Positions 1-11,016 are shown, numbered from the stretch's first letter. The stretch: 32,000 nucleotides of DNA from Vibrio cholerae ATCC 14035 (GCF_000621645.1 NZ_JHXR01000016.1:60001-92000); one strand, 5' to 3'. Notes: generated by a model not told the origin, from the letters alone. Translations and numbers: made by a program.

Positions 1-59
1 CCCGCGAGCAGAGCTAACACACCCGCAGCGACCAGCACTTGATTGAACAGCTTCTTCAT
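1..59 (-). CDS. bamB: BamB outer-membrane assembly lipoprotein, first 19 codons only (gene continues past window start)
   Basis: The reverse complement of 1-59 starts with ATG and reads MKKLFNQVLVAAGVLALLA, a signal-peptide-like N-terminus. It begins 12 nt downstream of the yfgM stop. The order hisS-yfgM-bamB-der is conserved in gamma-proteobacteria. Identity rests mainly on synteny. Confidence 0.5.
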   Translation of the reverse strand, partial: MKKLFNQVLVAAGVLALLA

Positions 60-71
60 CAGGGAGTGCCC

Positions 72-686
72 TTACTTCGCGAGATCATCCAGTTTCATTT
101 GCAGAGTTTGGCTAGCATCCTCTGCCTGTTGCGCTTCGGTATAAGCGGCATAAGCAGCTGCACTATCCCCTTTACGCATCAAGATATCACCGCGCAGCTC
201 TGCCACTCGGCCAGCCCAAGATTTCTCTTGAATGCTGGTTAGCTGAGTTAATGCGTCATCAAATTGGCCTTGCTCAGCCTGTAAGCGAGCAACACGGAAT
301 GTCAGCAAAGGTTTCAGTGCAGCATCCTTGGTTGCTCCTTTTGCCCACTCCAATTGCGCTAACGCTTCATCCAGTTGACCCGCGTCCACTTGAGCTTTGG
401 CTAACTGCATTGCAGCCAAAACTGCGTATTCGGTCTCTTTATTGGCATCAATAAAAGTTTGGATAGTGCCTTCTGATTCAATGCCTTTTGCCTGCAGTGC
501 ATCCATCGCTTTGCTGTAGCTTTGCGATGCTGCTTCTTGCGCAGCAACCACAGAGTCTTGATAGTAGCGCCAGCCAAATAGGCCACCAAGACCAATTACC
601 GCGCCAAAGATCACCGCTTTGCCGTTCTCTTTCCACCAATCTTTGATCGCTTCAACTTGTTGTTCTTCAGTATCGTAGAGTTCCAC
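72..686 (-). CDS. yfgM: YfgM-family membrane-anchored TPR-like protein
   Basis: 204-aa ORF with a GTG start (cac at 684-686) preceded by a gaggacagg SD. N-terminal DWWKENGK is followed by one TM helix (AVIFGAVIGLGGLFGW) and Ala/Gln-rich helical repeats. It lies directly downstream of hisS, as in E. coli. Confidence 0.85.
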   Translation of the reverse strand: MELYDTEEQQVEAIKDWWKENGKAVIFGAVIGLGGLFGWRYYQDSVVAAQEAASQSYSKAMDALQAKGIESEGTIQTFIDANKETEYAVLAAMQLAKAQVDAGQLDEALAQLEWAKGATKDAALKPLLTFRVARLQAEQGQFDDALTQLTSIQEKSWAGRVAELRGDILMRKGDSAAAYAAYTEAQQAEDASQTLQMKLDDLAK

Positions 687-722
687 TTCCTGTCCTCTTA
701 TTTAAAACGTGCTGCAGGAGAA

Positions 723-1991
723 TTAGGCTAAATGTGCCAGTAGTTTAGCTACTTCAGCTTGGGCAACAGTATTTTGCTCGCCTCCCGCCAAATCTTTTAC
801 CACAACGGTTTGGGCTGCAACTTCATCTTCACCCAAAACCAAGGCAATCGCTGCGCCCACTTTATCCGCGCGTTTAAATTGCTTTTTAAAATTGCCGCCA
901 CCGAAGTGAGTCATCACACGTAGGCCGGGCACTTGCTCACGTAACTGTTCCGCAAGCTTCATTCCCGCCATCATGGTGCCTTCACCTGCAGTAACCATAT
1001 ACACATCTACGCTGCGACGGACATCCGTATTACCGAGTGTTTCCATCATCAGCACTAAACGCTCTAGGCCCATAGCGAAACCTACCGCAGGGGTTGGTTT
1101 ACCGCCCAGTTGTTCAACCAAGCCATCATAGCGGCCGCCGCCACAAACGGTACCTTGCGATCCCAGACTTTCGGTGATCCACTCAAAAACCGTGCGGTTG
1201 TAATAATCAAGGCCGCGAACTAAACGTTGATTTACCGTGTATTCGATACCCGCCGCATCCAGAAGTTCACACAAGCCCGCAAAATGTTGTTTTGATTCAG
1301 CATCGAGATAATCAGAGAGCTGAGGGGCATCACCTAAAATCGCTTGTACATCAGGATTCTTCGAATCAAGCACACGCAGCGGGTTGGTGTACATGCGGCG
1401 CTTGCAATCTTCATCCAGTACGTTTTGGTACTGCTCAAGATAGTCAATCAAGGCGGTGCGATAATTAGCGCGAGCCTCTAGAGAGCCAATCGAGTTGAGC
1501 TCTAAACGCACATGTTGTGCAATACCCAATTCGCGCCACAGACGTGCCGTCATCATGATCAGTTCAGCGTCCACATCGGGGCCATCTAAACCAAACACTT
1601 CAACACCACACTGATGGAATTGACGGTAACGACCTTTTTGCGGACGTTCGTGACGGAACATCGGTCCCATGTACCACAAACGTTGCTCTTGGTTGTACAG
1701 CAAACCATTTTCGATACCAGAGCGCACACAGCCCGCCGTACCTTCAGGTCGCAGCGTTAAGCTATCACCATTGCGATCTTCAAAGGTGTACATCTCTTTT
1801 TCCACCACATCGGTCACTTCACCGATGGCGCGGCTAAATAGATGAGTCATCTCAACGATTGGCATACGAACTTCGCTGTAACCGTAAGCGCTGATTACAT
1901 TTTTCACCACGCCTTCCACTTTTTGCCAAAGTGGAGACTGGGTTGGGAGACAATCGTTCATGCCTCGGATTGCTTGAATAGTTTTTGCCAC
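723..1991 (-). CDS. hisS: Histidine--tRNA ligase
   Basis: 422-aa ORF with class II HisRS signatures [16 protein letters not shown] and GGGRYDGL, plus a C-terminal anticodon-binding domain. It starts 25 nt after the ispG stop. Confidence 0.97.
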   Translation of the reverse strand: MAKTIQAIRGMNDCLPTQSPLWQKVEGVVKNVISAYGYSEVRMPIVEMTHLFSRAIGEVTDVVEKEMYTFEDRNGDSLTLRPEGTAGCVRSGIENGLLYNQEQRLWYMGPMFRHERPQKGRYRQFHQCGVEVFGLDGPDVDAELIMMTARLWRELGIAQHVRLELNSIGSLEARANYRTALIDYLEQYQNVLDEDCKRRMYTNPLRVLDSKNPDVQAILGDAPQLSDYLDAESKQHFAGLCELLDAAGIEYTVNQRLVRGLDYYNRTVFEWITESLGSQGTVCGGGRYDGLVEQLGGKPTPAVGFAMGLERLVLMMETLGNTDVRRSVDVYMVTAGEGTMMAGMKLAEQLREQVPGLRVMTHFGGGNFKKQFKRADKVGAAIALVLGEDEVAAQTVVVKDLAGGEQNTVAQAEVAKLLAHLA

Positions 1992-2016
1992 AATTCTTAC
2001 CGTTATATCGTTGAGA

Positions 2017-3147
2017 TTAATCTTGTTCTACGTGCTTGATATCGATGCGATTTTTTTCATCCAATCGCGCGGCTTTAGCGCGAATTTTCGCTTCCAGTTG
2101 AGCGACGAGATCATCGTTATCAAATCGCTCTTTCTGGCGCACGCCATCTTCATAGAACGCACTTTTCTTATTACTGCCCGCTAAGCCTAAGTGAGACACC
2201 TCAGCTTCACCGGGACCGTTTACCACACAGCCAATGATTGATACATCCATTGGTGTCAGCACGTCTTCTAGACGCTGCTCAAGGGCATTCACGGTGCCAA
2301 TCACATCAAACTCCTGACGTGAACAGCTTGGGCATGCAATAAAGTTAATGCCACGCGAACGAATGCGCAGCGATTTTAAAATATCAAAACCAACTTTGAT
2401 TTCTTCTACCGGATCGGCCGCCAGCGAAATACGCAGCGTATCGCCAATACCTTCCGCAAGCAGCATACCTAGGCCTACGGCTGACTTCACTGAACCAGCA
2501 CGCGCGCCCCCCGCTTCAGTAATGCCAAGATGCAAAGGCTGATCAATCTTTTTCGCCAGCAGTCGATAGGAGTCTACCGCAAGGAAAACATCGGAGGCTT
2601 TTACGCTGACTTTGAACTGATCAAAGTTGAGGCGATCTAAAATATCCACATGACGCATCGCCGATTCCACTAAGGCTTCTGGCGTCGGTTCACCGTATTT
2701 CAGTTGCAGATCTTTTTCTAGCGAGCCGCCATTGACCCCGATTCGAATCGGAATGCCTTTGTCGCGCGCACAATCCACAACCGAACGAATCCGCGCTTCG
2801 TTACCGATATTGCCCGGGTTGATGCGTAGACAATCCACACCGTATTCCGCCACTTTTAGCGCAATACGATAATCGAAGTGGATATCGGCCACTAAAGGCA
2901 CAGAGACTTGTTGTTTGATCAGTTTGAACGCTTCGGCAGCTTCCATAGTCGGAACCGAAACACGCACAATGTCCGCCCCCACTTTTTCCAAAGACTTGAT
3001 CTGCGCAACCGTGGCAGCCACGTCAGTGGTTCGGGTGTTGGTCATTGACTGTACGGCGATGGGCGCACCATCACCAATAGGAACGTCGCCCACATAGATA
3101 CGTGTCGAGGGGCGACGTTTGATAGGAGACTCATGTTGCATAGACAT
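2017..3147 (-). CDS. ispG: 4-hydroxy-3-methylbut-2-enyl diphosphate synthase (IspG/GcpE)
   Basis: 376-aa ORF. The N-terminus ([33 protein letters not shown]) matches IspG as I recall it. Fe-S cysteines occur in CPSCSR and GCVVNGPGE. The start could instead be the ATG at 3139-3141, the third codon. Confidence 0.96.
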   Translation of the reverse strand: MSMQHESPIKRRPSTRIYVGDVPIGDGAPIAVQSMTNTRTTDVAATVAQIKSLEKVGADIVRVSVPTMEAAEAFKLIKQQVSVPLVADIHFDYRIALKVAEYGVDCLRINPGNIGNEARIRSVVDCARDKGIPIRIGVNGGSLEKDLQLKYGEPTPEALVESAMRHVDILDRLNFDQFKVSVKASDVFLAVDSYRLLAKKIDQPLHLGITEAGGARAGSVKSAVGLGMLLAEGIGDTLRISLAADPVEEIKVGFDILKSLRIRSRGINFIACPSCSRQEFDVIGTVNALEQRLEDVLTPMDVSIIGCVVNGPGEAEVSHLGLAGSNKKSAFYEDGVRQKERFDNDDLVAQLEAKIRAKAARLDEKNRIDIKHVEQD

Positions 3148-3151
3148 TTTT

Positions 3152-4234
3152 CTAAGGTAAGGTCAATCTTGCTACTTTGCCGGAAGTATACCCAGAAAGG
3201 TCGACGGGTTCACTCGCTAATGTGATTGAAACCCCTTCTGGTGCACCCAACACCAATTTATAAGGGCGCTGGCCACTCAAACTCACACTCTGCCCTGCTT
3301 TTTTCACACCCGTTGACAGTATTTTGCCCGTGGCATCTTTGACTTGAATCCAGCAATCGGCAGAAAAATTCATCACCAGCAGTGCGGAAGCACTCTCAGT
3401 GGAAGAGCTTACAGGTTGACTAGGTGCACTAGGCGCCGCTTCAGGTTGAGTCACAGGCGCAGCCGCCACTGGAGCTTGAGACTGAACTGGAGTTTGTCCT
3501 TGAGGCTGAGCAGGTGCTACTGGTGCCGCCGCCGTTTCTTCAACCACAGGTTTATCTGTCACCACATCAGCTTCATTCGGTGCTGGCGGAGTCAATTCAC
3601 TGGCCTCACCAGAAAGAGACTCTTGGCTCATCGGTGCCTCTTCACTGGCTGGCGCCGCATCTTGTAGCTCATTGAGTGGAGGAACGGTTGCGAAGTCTTC
3701 ATTGGCAAGACTGGCGTCATTGCTAGACTGAATATCCGAAATAGCACTCGGCGCAATGGTTGTTTTATCCGGGATTAAGCTGTTCTTCTGGCTATTTTGC
3801 CACCACCACAAGGTCGACATGCCGACGATAACCGCTAAGATCACCCAAGTGATCAGCATGATTCGGCTGTCGTGCAACTGACGCTTGGTCTTTTTCGAGA
3901 AGCTTTTCATATCCGGCTGAACTTCTGGCTTTTGGCAATAGCTGTCATCAAAAGCACACAAGATCTCAGATTCACGAATACCCACCGCTTTGGCATACGA
4001 ACGCAAATAACCGCGAGTAAAAGTGGCGACTTGACCATCTTCAAAACGGTTCTCTTCAATGCTTTGGATAATAGAAAGGCGTAATCTGAGGCGGTCAGCG
4101 ATTTGGCGCTGAGTCAGCCCCAAATCTTCACGTTTTTGCTTGAGTAAAGTGCCGGGAGCAACTTTCTCGATGGCAGGTTGATTTACTTGCTCGGTCGTCT
4201 CAGTTTGGTTGTAATCTTGCTGTTCAGTATTCAT
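3152..4234 (-). CDS. rodZ: Cytoskeleton protein RodZ
   Basis: The ORF track gives 3152-4333. I place the start at ATG 4232-4234 (MNTEQQ...). The protein has an XRE-type HTH ([23 protein letters not shown]) and a single TM helix ([21 protein letters not shown]). A roughly 140-aa Pro/Ala/Gln/Ser-rich linker (about 3383-3799) precedes the conserved C-terminal domain ([12 protein letters not shown]...). The stop is 4 nt from the ispG start. Confidence 0.9.
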   Translation of the reverse strand: MNTEQQDYNQTETTEQVNQPAIEKVAPGTLLKQKREDLGLTQRQIADRLRLRLSIIQSIEENRFEDGQVATFTRGYLRSYAKAVGIRESEILCAFDDSYCQKPEVQPDMKSFSKKTKRQLHDSRIMLITWVILAVIVGMSTLWWWQNSQKNSLIPDKTTIAPSAISDIQSSNDASLANEDFATVPPLNELQDAAPASEEAPMSQESLSGEASELTPPAPNEADVVTDKPVVEETAAAPVAPAQPQGQTPVQSQAPVAAAPVTQPEAAPSAPSQPVSSSTESASALLVMNFSADCWIQVKDATGKILSTGVKKAGQSVSLSGQRPYKLVLGAPEGVSITLASEPVDLSGYTSGKVARLTLP

Positions 4235-4344
4235 CCGTAATTTCAATCTCTTAGTCAGGACTAAGCCGCTGGGCCATTCACTTTTATTTTTGATTATAGG
4301 TAGTAATGGAACAACTTGGCTTAATCGGTGCAATCGGTTAGCGC

Positions 4345-4358
4345 GTCGCTTGGGTATA
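4345..4358 (-). repeat. Isolated 14-nt match to the terminus of the ERIC-type repeat (possible remnant)
   Basis: gtcgcttgggtata at 4345-4358 is the exact reverse complement of tatacccaagcgac, the left end of the repeat copy at 6302-6315. The flanking sequence does not align convincingly with the rest of the element. Confidence 0.3.
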
Positions 4359-4501
4359 GCTCAAATCAAGTTTGAGAAATTTGCCTCATTCTAATAGATA
4401 TTGTTGACTAAACAATAAAGAAATGGCCAATAAATCACAGTTAGCTCAAGGTTTTTCTTTGATTTGACATTTAAACGCAGTGATTTGTTGCCATATTAGG
4501 C

Positions 4502-4530
4502 AAAAATAAAGCCAGAGAAACATCTCTGGC
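4502..4530 (-). terminator. Rho-independent terminator downstream of rlmN
   Basis: Stem gccagaga (4511-4518) / tctctggc (4523-4530) with loop aaca. On the minus strand it is followed by tttattttt (A-rich run 4502-4510 on plus). It lies 18 nt after the rlmN stop. Confidence 0.75.
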
Positions 4531-4547
4531 TTATCTTATAACATCAA

Positions 4548-5669
4548 TTACAGTGTTTTCACTGGAATCGCTTGTCCATCAAATTGTTTAGCTTTGGTTC
4601 GTTTAGTGCGATCAATGACATCTCCCACCAACTGCCCACATGCCGCATCAATGTCATCACCACGAGTTTTACGAATGGTGACGGTATGCTCATATTGCAT
4701 CAAGGTTTTCTGGAAACGGTCGATGCGTGAATTACTTGGCTTCTTGTAGGGTGAGCCCGGATAAGGGTTAAACGGGATCAGGTTAATTTTACAAGGCGTC
4801 CTTTTCAGTAATTCCGCCAACTCGTGAGCATGCTCTGTACCATCGTTCACATGATCCAGCAGCACATACTCAACGGTCACCTTACCGCGGTTAGCATTTG
4901 AGGATGCAATATAGCGACGCACCACCTCTAAAAACGCTTCGATATTCCAGCGATCGTTGATCGGCATGATTTCGCTACGCAGCTTGTCATTCGGCGCATG
5001 CAATGAGATAGCCAAAGCCACATCGATTTGGCCAATCATCTGCTCTAAACCAGAAACCACACCAGAGGTAGAAACGGTCACACGGCGCTTAGAAAGACCA
5101 AAACCGAGATCATCGAGCATGATCTCTAACGCTGGGATGAGGTTTTTCATGTTGAGCAAAGGCTCACCCATGCCCATCATCACCACGTTAGTGATAGGAC
5201 GACGCCCAGTTTCTTTCTCTAGACCGATTTCACGTGCCGCACGCCAAACCTGACCAATGATTTCTGAAACGCGTAGGTTACGGTTAAAACCTTGCTGCGC
5301 CGTTGAGCAGAATTTGCATTCCAACGCACACCCTACTTGGGAAGATACACATAAGGTCGCGCGATCATCTTCGGGAATGTAAACCGTTTCTACATCCTGA
5401 TCACCCACACGCATTGCCCACTTGATGGTGCCATCCGCCGAGTGTTGCGCTTCCGAGACATAAGGTGCACGGATCTCACACTTGGCTTTGAGCTTTTCAC
5501 GCAGCTGCTTGTTGATGTTATTCATTTGATCGAAGTCATCACAACCAAAGTGATAAATCCACTTCATGACCTGCTCGGCACGAAACGCTTTCTCACCCAG
5601 TTCTTCGGCAAAAAACGTGCGCAAACCCTTGCGGTCAAAATCGAGTAGATTGACTTTTTCTGTGGTCAT
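4548..5669 (-). CDS. rlmN: Dual-specificity 23S rRNA/tRNA adenine-C2 methyltransferase RlmN (radical SAM)
   Basis: Start moved from 5747 to ATG 5667-5669 ([11 protein letters not shown]...). Radical-SAM CxxxCxxC is present in [10 protein letters not shown], and a C-terminal catalytic Cys in DIDAACGQL. Confidence 0.95.
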   Translation of the reverse strand: MTTEKVNLLDFDRKGLRTFFAEELGEKAFRAEQVMKWIYHFGCDDFDQMNNINKQLREKLKAKCEIRAPYVSEAQHSADGTIKWAMRVGDQDVETVYIPEDDRATLCVSSQVGCALECKFCSTAQQGFNRNLRVSEIIGQVWRAAREIGLEKETGRRPITNVVMMGMGEPLLNMKNLIPALEIMLDDLGFGLSKRRVTVSTSGVVSGLEQMIGQIDVALAISLHAPNDKLRSEIMPINDRWNIEAFLEVVRRYIASSNANRGKVTVEYVLLDHVNDGTEHAHELAELLKRTPCKINLIPFNPYPGSPYKKPSNSRIDRFQKTLMQYEHTVTIRKTRGDDIDAACGQLVGDVIDRTKRTKAKQFDGQAIPVKTL

Positions 5670-5795
5670 GGGGCCTCTCAGGAAGACGGAACAGTAATTA
5701 AGGGCGCGAATTGTACAGCCTTTATTCAGCAACAACAAGGGCTGCAAAACCGCGTCTTTTCTAAGGTGTTAATTCAAGACAGGTTATATTTTGTG

Positions 5796-5825
5796 CAAAA
5801 TTTAGGCTCCACACTAGGAGCCTAA
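5796..5825 (-). terminator. Probable terminator downstream of ndk
   Basis: 9-bp stem ttaggctcc (5802-5810) / ggagcctaa (5817-5825) with loop acacta. On the minus strand it is followed by ATTTTG. It lies 18 nt after the ndk stop. Confidence 0.6.
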
Positions 5826-5842
5826 TTAATCTGTCTTAAAGA

Positions 5843-6271
5843 CTATGGACGAGGGCAGATTTCTGATTCTGGAAAGAAGAATTCAATTTCACGAGCGGCT
5901 GATGCAGGACTGTCGCTACCGTGTACTGAGTTGTAACGCATGCTCAGTGCATAATCGGCACGCAGAGTACCGCAGGCGGCTTCTTCTGGGTTAGTTTTCC
6001 CCATCAATTCACGGTAACGTGCAATTGCGTTTTCACCCTCTAAGACCTGCACCATGATCGGGCCTGAGGTCATAAATTCTTTCAGAGGTTCAAAAAACGG
6101 TTTGCCTTCATGCTCAGCGTAAAAGCCACTGGCTTGCTCTTCCGACAGGTGAACCATTTTCGCGGCAATGATCTGCAAACCGGCTTTTTCAATACGGTGG
6201 TAAATCTCACCAATCAAGTTACGCTTCACCGCATCCGGCTTAATGATCGAAAATGTTCTTTCTAGAGCCAT
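5843..6271 (-). CDS. ndk: Nucleoside diphosphate kinase
   Basis: 142-aa ORF of full NDK length with the active-site motif NSVHGSDS. An aagga SD lies upstream of the ATG. Confidence 0.97.
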
Positions 6272-6299
6272 AAAATTTCCTTTTGTTTATTGTGCTTAT

Positions 6300-6429
6300 G
6301 TTATACCCAAGCGACTTGGCGTCACAGGTAGTCGGCAAGGGAGTTCACCTCCATCAGCATAGACACACTATGTGATTAGGATGAACGAACAGAGCCAACA
6401 CCGCTGCAGCGTCAAATTGGAAGGGTATA
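6300..6429 (+). repeat. ERIC/IRU-type intergenic imperfect-palindromic repeat, full-length copy 1
   Basis: About 130 bp that aligns end to end with 28676-28802, roughly four fifths identical by eye and in the same orientation. The termini are inverted (tatacccaagcgacttggcg ... ctgcagcgtcaaattggaagggtata). The centre resembles the ERIC core targeted by the ERIC1R/ERIC2 primers. Confidence 0.8.
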
Positions 6430-6440
6430 CTTTTATTAAT

Positions 6441-6469
6441 AAAAACAAGGCAGCTATACAAGCTGCCTT
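6441..6469 (-). terminator. Rho-independent terminator downstream of pepB
   Basis: 9-bp stem aaggcagct (6447-6455) / agctgcctt (6461-6469) with loop ataca. On the minus strand it is followed by gttttta. It lies 6 nt after the pepB stop. Confidence 0.75.
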
Positions 6470-6474
6470 TAAAT

Positions 6475-7764
6475 TTATGCTTGCTGCATCAAAATACGTG
6501 CGAGCATTTTCACGCCCATGCCCGTGGCTCCTGCAGCCCATTTATCGCTGGCTGACTTGCGATACGTGGCTGAACAATCGAAGTGTAGCCAACCTTTTTG
6601 GTAGCCTTCCACGAAATAGGAAAGGAAGGCCGCTGCGGTGCTGGCTCCCGGCGTGTAATCGCCGTTACTGATGTTTGACAGATCCGCAAAGTTAGAAGGC
6701 AGCATTTCACGGTGGAACTCAGCTAAAGGCAGAGCCCACAGCGCTTCATTCTCTTCTTTTGCCGCAGATAATGCTTGTTGGCTCAGCGACTCATCATAAG
6801 AAAGCAGTGCGTGGTAATCATTACCCAGCGCGTTTTTCGCCGCTCCGGTTAAGGTTGCACAGTCGATAATCAATTGCGGTTTCTGTTCACTGGCGTAGAT
6901 AAGACCGTCGGCCAGCACCAAACGGCCTTCCGCATCGGTGTTCATGATTTCAACGGTTTTGCCATTTTTGTAGGTGATGATGTCACCAAGCTTCAACGCA
7001 CGGCCGGAAACCATGTTTTCCGCGCAGCATAGAATGAGTTTCACGCGCTTGTTAAAGCCGCGCATGATAGCCAAACCAAGCGCACCAGTGATCATGCCTG
7101 AGCCGCCCATGTCCGCTTTCATCGCTGACATCATGTTGGAAGGTTTTAAGCTGTAACCACCCGAGTCAAAAGTGATGCCTTTACCGACTAAACACGCGAA
7201 TACCGGTGCATTTTCATCGCCCGTTGGGTTGTAGTCGAGTTGCAGCATCGCCGACGTACGCTCAGAGCCACGGCCTACAGCGTAAATCCCCTCCCACCCT
7301 TCAGTGAGCAGATCTTTGTCTTTGACGATACGGTAAGAAACATGGTCAGGCGCAAGCGATTTGATGAACTCTGCTGCCATGGTCGCCAATTGGCGTGGCG
7401 CGACTTCTTCCGCGCTTTTGTTGATGATATCGCGTGTCCAATCCGTCGCTTTAATGCGCGCTTCTAGCTCTGCTTGTTCAGCAGCCGCTAACGCTTTCCA
7501 CTCGACGGTATTGCGCTTTTTCGCATCACGGTAGCCTTGATAGAAAGCCCAAATGCTCTCCAGATCCCAACCTTCTCCAGCCAGGAATGCCGTGCGGATA
7601 CCTTGATTATCTAACTTACGAGCTGCGCGTTGGATTGCGCTGAAATCTTGTGTTTGTTGCAGGTGAATGGTTGCACCTTGCTCTGCAAAAGAAATGAGCG
7701 CTTTCTCTCCCCACTGAGGCTGGGCAGCTTGAGTACTCAAAAATACAGACATCTGTGTAGACAT
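6475..7764 (-). CDS. pepB: Aminopeptidase B (M17 family, PepB)
   Basis: Start moved from 7809 to ATG 7762-7764 ([12 protein letters not shown]...) with an aaggag SD just upstream. It carries the M17 signature [12 protein letters not shown]. The N-terminus resembles E. coli PepB (..LSTQ....WGEKA). Confidence 0.93.
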   Translation of the reverse strand: MSTQMSVFLSTQAAQPQWGEKALISFAEQGATIHLQQTQDFSAIQRAARKLDNQGIRTAFLAGEGWDLESIWAFYQGYRDAKKRNTVEWKALAAAEQAELEARIKATDWTRDIINKSAEEVAPRQLATMAAEFIKSLAPDHVSYRIVKDKDLLTEGWEGIYAVGRGSERTSAMLQLDYNPTGDENAPVFACLVGKGITFDSGGYSLKPSNMMSAMKADMGGSGMITGALGLAIMRGFNKRVKLILCCAENMVSGRALKLGDIITYKNGKTVEIMNTDAEGRLVLADGLIYASEQKPQLIIDCATLTGAAKNALGNDYHALLSYDESLSQQALSAAKEENEALWALPLAEFHREMLPSNFADLSNISNGDYTPGASTAAAFLSYFVEGYQKGWLHFDCSATYRKSASDKWAAGATGMGVKMLARILMQQA

Positions 7765-7858
7765 GGTTTCTCCTTGTCTTAAATATTGGCTTTGCCTGTG
7801 CCATCTCATTAAATCGCCAAGATGTTAGCATTATGTCGAGGCAAAATGTCAACCGAAT

Positions 7859-7889
7859 AAAAAAACGGACCAAGTGGTCCGCATTTTTT
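7859..7889 (-). terminator. Strong (bidirectional-looking) rho-independent terminator ending the isc operon after iscX
   Basis: Stem cggacc (7866-7871) / ggtccg (7876-7881), flanked by an A7 run (7859-7865) and a T6 run (7884-7889). On the minus strand this reads hairpin plus TTTTTTT. Confidence 0.8.
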
Positions 7890-7983
7890 GCTAAGAAGTG
7901 TTAACTCTGTGGGGTTTCTCCCCCTGCTAAACAAAGCAAGCGCCATATTGATTGACTCCTCACTTCATTTTACATGAGATGAA

Positions 7984-8178
7984 TTACTCGAATTCATCCA
8001 TCCAGCACAGAATGACGGCTTCAAGGATTTTTTCGTTGGAATGATTCGGATCATCTTCAAAATCTTCCAACTCCATGATCCAACGATGCAGATCGGTAAA
8101 ACGTACGGTTTTGGGATCGACATCGGGAAACTTGTCACACAGCTCAATCGCGATATCGCGTGAATCTGTCCATTTCAT
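7984..8178 (-). CDS. iscX: Fe-S cluster assembly protein IscX (YfhJ)
   Basis: 64-aa acidic protein ([22 protein letters not shown]...) immediately downstream of fdx, at the position IscX holds in the isc operon. Confidence 0.9.
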   Translation of the reverse strand: MKWTDSRDIAIELCDKFPDVDPKTVRFTDLHRWIMELEDFEDDPNHSNEKILEAVILCWMDEFE

Positions 8179-8226
8179 GGTTAGCCTTCCTATTGGTTTT
8201 ACCTCGGCTGCGACCGAGGCTAAGAA

Positions 8227-8565
8227 TTAATGATCTTCGCTTGCGTGGTTTAGCGTGTATTTCGGGATCTCGACGACGAGATCTTCATCCGCCACTCGAG
8301 CCTGACAGCTGAGACGAGATTCTGGCTCCAGACCCCAAGCTTTATCCAGCATATCGTCTTCCAGCTCATCACTCTCCTCCAGTGAATCAAACCCTTCTCG
8401 AACGATACAGTGGCAAGTAGTACAAGCGCACGATTTCTCACACGCATGCTCAATAGCGATACCGTTTTTGAGTGCCACATCAAGAATCGTTTCCCCGGTT
8501 TGCGCTTCTAACACTGCGCCTTCCGGGCAAAGGGTTTCATGAGGCAAAACAATAATCTTTGGCAT
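8227..8565 (-). CDS. fdx: [2Fe-2S] ferredoxin of the ISC system
   Basis: Start moved from 8646 to ATG 8563-8565 (MPKIIVLPHE...), giving 112 aa. Adrenodoxin-type cluster cysteines occur in CEKSCACTTCH and LSCQ. It starts 13 nt after the hscA stop. Confidence 0.93.
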   Translation of the reverse strand: MPKIIVLPHETLCPEGAVLEAQTGETILDVALKNGIAIEHACEKSCACTTCHCIVREGFDSLEESDELEDDMLDKAWGLEPESRLSCQARVADEDLVVEIPKYTLNHASEDH

Positions 8566-8578
8566 GTTGGTAATCTCT

Positions 8579-10429
8579 TCAAATCTCGTCAACGGAGTGG
8601 CCAGCCAGTGCGCTACGAATCGATTTATCCATTCGTCTTGACGCAAAATCCTGACTCGCTTTGTCTGTGTCTTTTATTCCTTGCTCAATGGCATCCGCAT
8701 TATCGCCATTGCGCAGTTCAATCAAGCGCTCGATCGCCTGTAATAAAGTTTGGCGCTCTTGCTCGTTCAGCAGCTCATCACCATCCGCTTGCAGGGCTGA
8801 AACTAAGCCTTCAATCACGCGATCGGCTTCTACGCGCTGCTCTGCCAACGCACGCGCCAGCATATCCTCTTTAGCATAGGCCATGGAGTCTTTGAGCATC
8901 TGGGTGACTTCGTCATCGCTTAAACCATAAGATGGCTTAACCTGAATCTCTGCTTGTACACCGGTGCTTTTTTCCAAAGCCGTCACGGAAAGTAAACCAT
9001 CCGCATCCACTTGATAAGTCACGCGAATGTGCGCAGCACCTGCCGCCATCGGCGGTATACCTTTGAGTGAGAAGCGTGCCAGAGAGCGACAGTCATCAAC
9101 CATTTCACGCTCCCCTTGAACCACATGCACACTCATCGCCGTTTGCCCATCTTTGAAGGTGGTAAACTCTTGCGCGCGAGCGACAGGAATGGTGGTGTTG
9201 CGTGGGATGATTTTTTCGACCAAACCGCCCATGGTTTCAATCCCCAAAGAGAGTGGGATGACATCGAGCAGCAACATTTCTGCATCAGGCTTATTGCCGG
9301 CCAGAATGTCCGCTTGAATCGCCGCACCAATCGCCACAACTTCGTCTGGGTTGATGCTGGTCAGTGGTGTGCGGCCAAAAAACTCCCCCACTTGCTCGCG
9401 CACAAACGGTGTGCGGGTTGAACCGCCCACCATCACGACTTCGAGCACTTCATCCGCTTCAACACCGGCATCTTTCAATGCGCGGCGGCAAGAAAGTAGC
9501 GTCTTTTTCAACAATGGTGCAATTAGGTTTTCCAACTCTTCACGAGTAAGCGAACCTTGCCAGCCAAGCACATTCAGCTCAGCCGTCATGTATTCAGTCA
9601 GATCGATTTTGGCTTGTGTCGCGGCGTTAATCAGCGCGCGCTGCTGCTCAGCGGTTAAACTGGTGAGTCCGATTTGTGCTTGCAGGTGATCGGCGATCAG
9701 ATGGTCAAAATCATCACCACCCAGTGCAGAGTCACCACCGGTTGCGAGCACTTCAAACACGCCGCGTGAAAGGCGTAAAATCGAAATATCGAAGGTGCCG
9801 CCACCTAGATCGTACACCGCGATCACACCTTCTTGGCCTGAGTCCAAACCATAAGCAATCGCCGCTGCTGTCGGCTCATTGAGTAAACGCAGCACATGCA
9901 AGCCCGCTAACGCCGCAGCATCTTTAGTCGCAACCCGCTGCGCATCATCAAAATACGCAGGTACCGTGATGACCACTCCCGCCAATTCGCCACCTAAGGT
10001 GGCGGTGGCACGTTCTGCCAAGGCTTTCAAAATATCGGCAGAGATTTGAATAGGGTTTTTATCCCCTTGCGCGGTTTGCACAATCGGCAAGCCTTTCTCA
10101 CTCGCTTTAAAGCGGTAAGGCAGATGAGGATAACGCTGGTTGATGTCTTGCAGTGAACGTCCAAGCAGACGTTTTACCGAAATCACAGTGTTGTGCGGAT
10201 CGGTTTCAGCTTGTTCACGAGCGGGATAGCCGACGCGAGTCGCATCAGCACCATAGTTCACCACTGAGGGGAGAATACTACGCCCTTGGCTATCGACGAG
10301 TGTGCTTGCGGTTCCGCTGCGCACAGAAGCGACCAGTGAATTCGTGGTGCCTAAATCAATACCCGCAGCCAACTTATGCTGGTGTGGTGCCGAACTTTGC
10401 CCCGGCTCTGCAATCTGAAGTAATGCCAT
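8579..10429 (-). CDS. hscA: Fe-S cluster assembly Hsp70-type chaperone HscA
   Basis: 616 aa with Hsp70 motifs GIDLGTTNS and DLGGGTFD. It lies downstream of hscB. Confidence 0.97.
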
Positions 10430-10452
10430 CAGTTGTTCCTTTGAATCTTGAA

Positions 10453-10968
10453 TTAGCCAAGCAGTTGGTCTTCGACTCGTTCTACTTCATTTTTGAGTTT
10501 GGCAATAAATTTGAGCTTTCTGATCTGATCAGCCGCCGCTAACCACTCACTTTGAGCTAATTGGCCTTGTAGCTGTGCGAGATAATGACGCTGCATCGCG
10601 GTTACCTTAGTGTCAAAAGCGACTAAGGCGGCCTCTGGATCTGCACAAGCCGTCACGGACTCTAGCTCTTCGCGTAGCTCCATCTGTTCCATCAGAAACA
10701 TCGGATCTTGCAGCGTCTGCTGCTCAGCGTTCATCTCTATGCCTTGTAACGACAAAAGATATTCCGCGCGGCGGAGTGGATCTTTCAGTGTCTGATACGC
10801 ATCGTTAATTTGCGCGGCTTGCTGCACTGCCATTAGGCGGTCACGCTCAGAAGCGGTAGCAAAATTATCCGGATGGAATCGTTTCTGCAACGCTCTGAAC
10901 TGAGAAGAAAGAAGGCTACCATCCAGTTCAAACTGGATCGGCAGCCCAAATAATTCAAAATAATTCAT
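10453..10968 (-). CDS. hscB: Fe-S cluster co-chaperone HscB (J-domain)
   Basis: 171 aa with a J-domain carrying HPD (RFHPDNF) and a C-terminal helical domain. It lies between iscA and hscA. Confidence 0.95.
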
Positions 10969-11016
10969 CTTGATAGCGGTCCTGTGATCGAGAACAGTCT
11001 CGATGGTCAGTTACCG

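Noticed and set aside
3383-3799. Pro/Ala/Gln-rich repetitive segment ([25 protein letters not shown]...) as a possible tandem repeat or foreign insertion
   Set aside because: It is the expected low-complexity periplasmic linker of RodZ, in frame between the TM helix and the conserved C-terminal domain.
4235-4333. N-terminal extensions given by the ORF track (rodZ 4333, rlmN 5747, pepB 7809, fdx 8646, iscR 13628, suhB 14548, CBS gene 21514, aceB 25289, prxA 26949)
   Set aside because: In each case an internal ATG with an SD gives an N-terminus that matches the known family start. The upstream codons look non-coding or overlap regulatory sites or the preceding gene.
6300-6429. Interpreting the roughly 130-bp repeats as V. 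cholerae superintegron VCR/attC sites
   Set aside because: The sequence does not resemble the VCR consensus as I recall it. There are no cassette-like ORFs or an integron context. The core matches ERIC instead.
6372-6671. 99-aa plus-strand ORF starting inside the ERIC copy and running antisense into pepB
   Set aside because: It starts in a repeat element and overlaps the well-supported pepB 3' end on the opposite strand.
7809-7946. 45-codon minus-strand ORF after iscX with a good SD (gaggag, then ATG at 7944-7946)
   Set aside because: It reads straight through the strong terminator hairpin at 7866-7881 into the pepB promoter region. The peptide has no distinguishing features, so the SD-like sequence is probably fortuitous. 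Ribosome profiling could revisit this.
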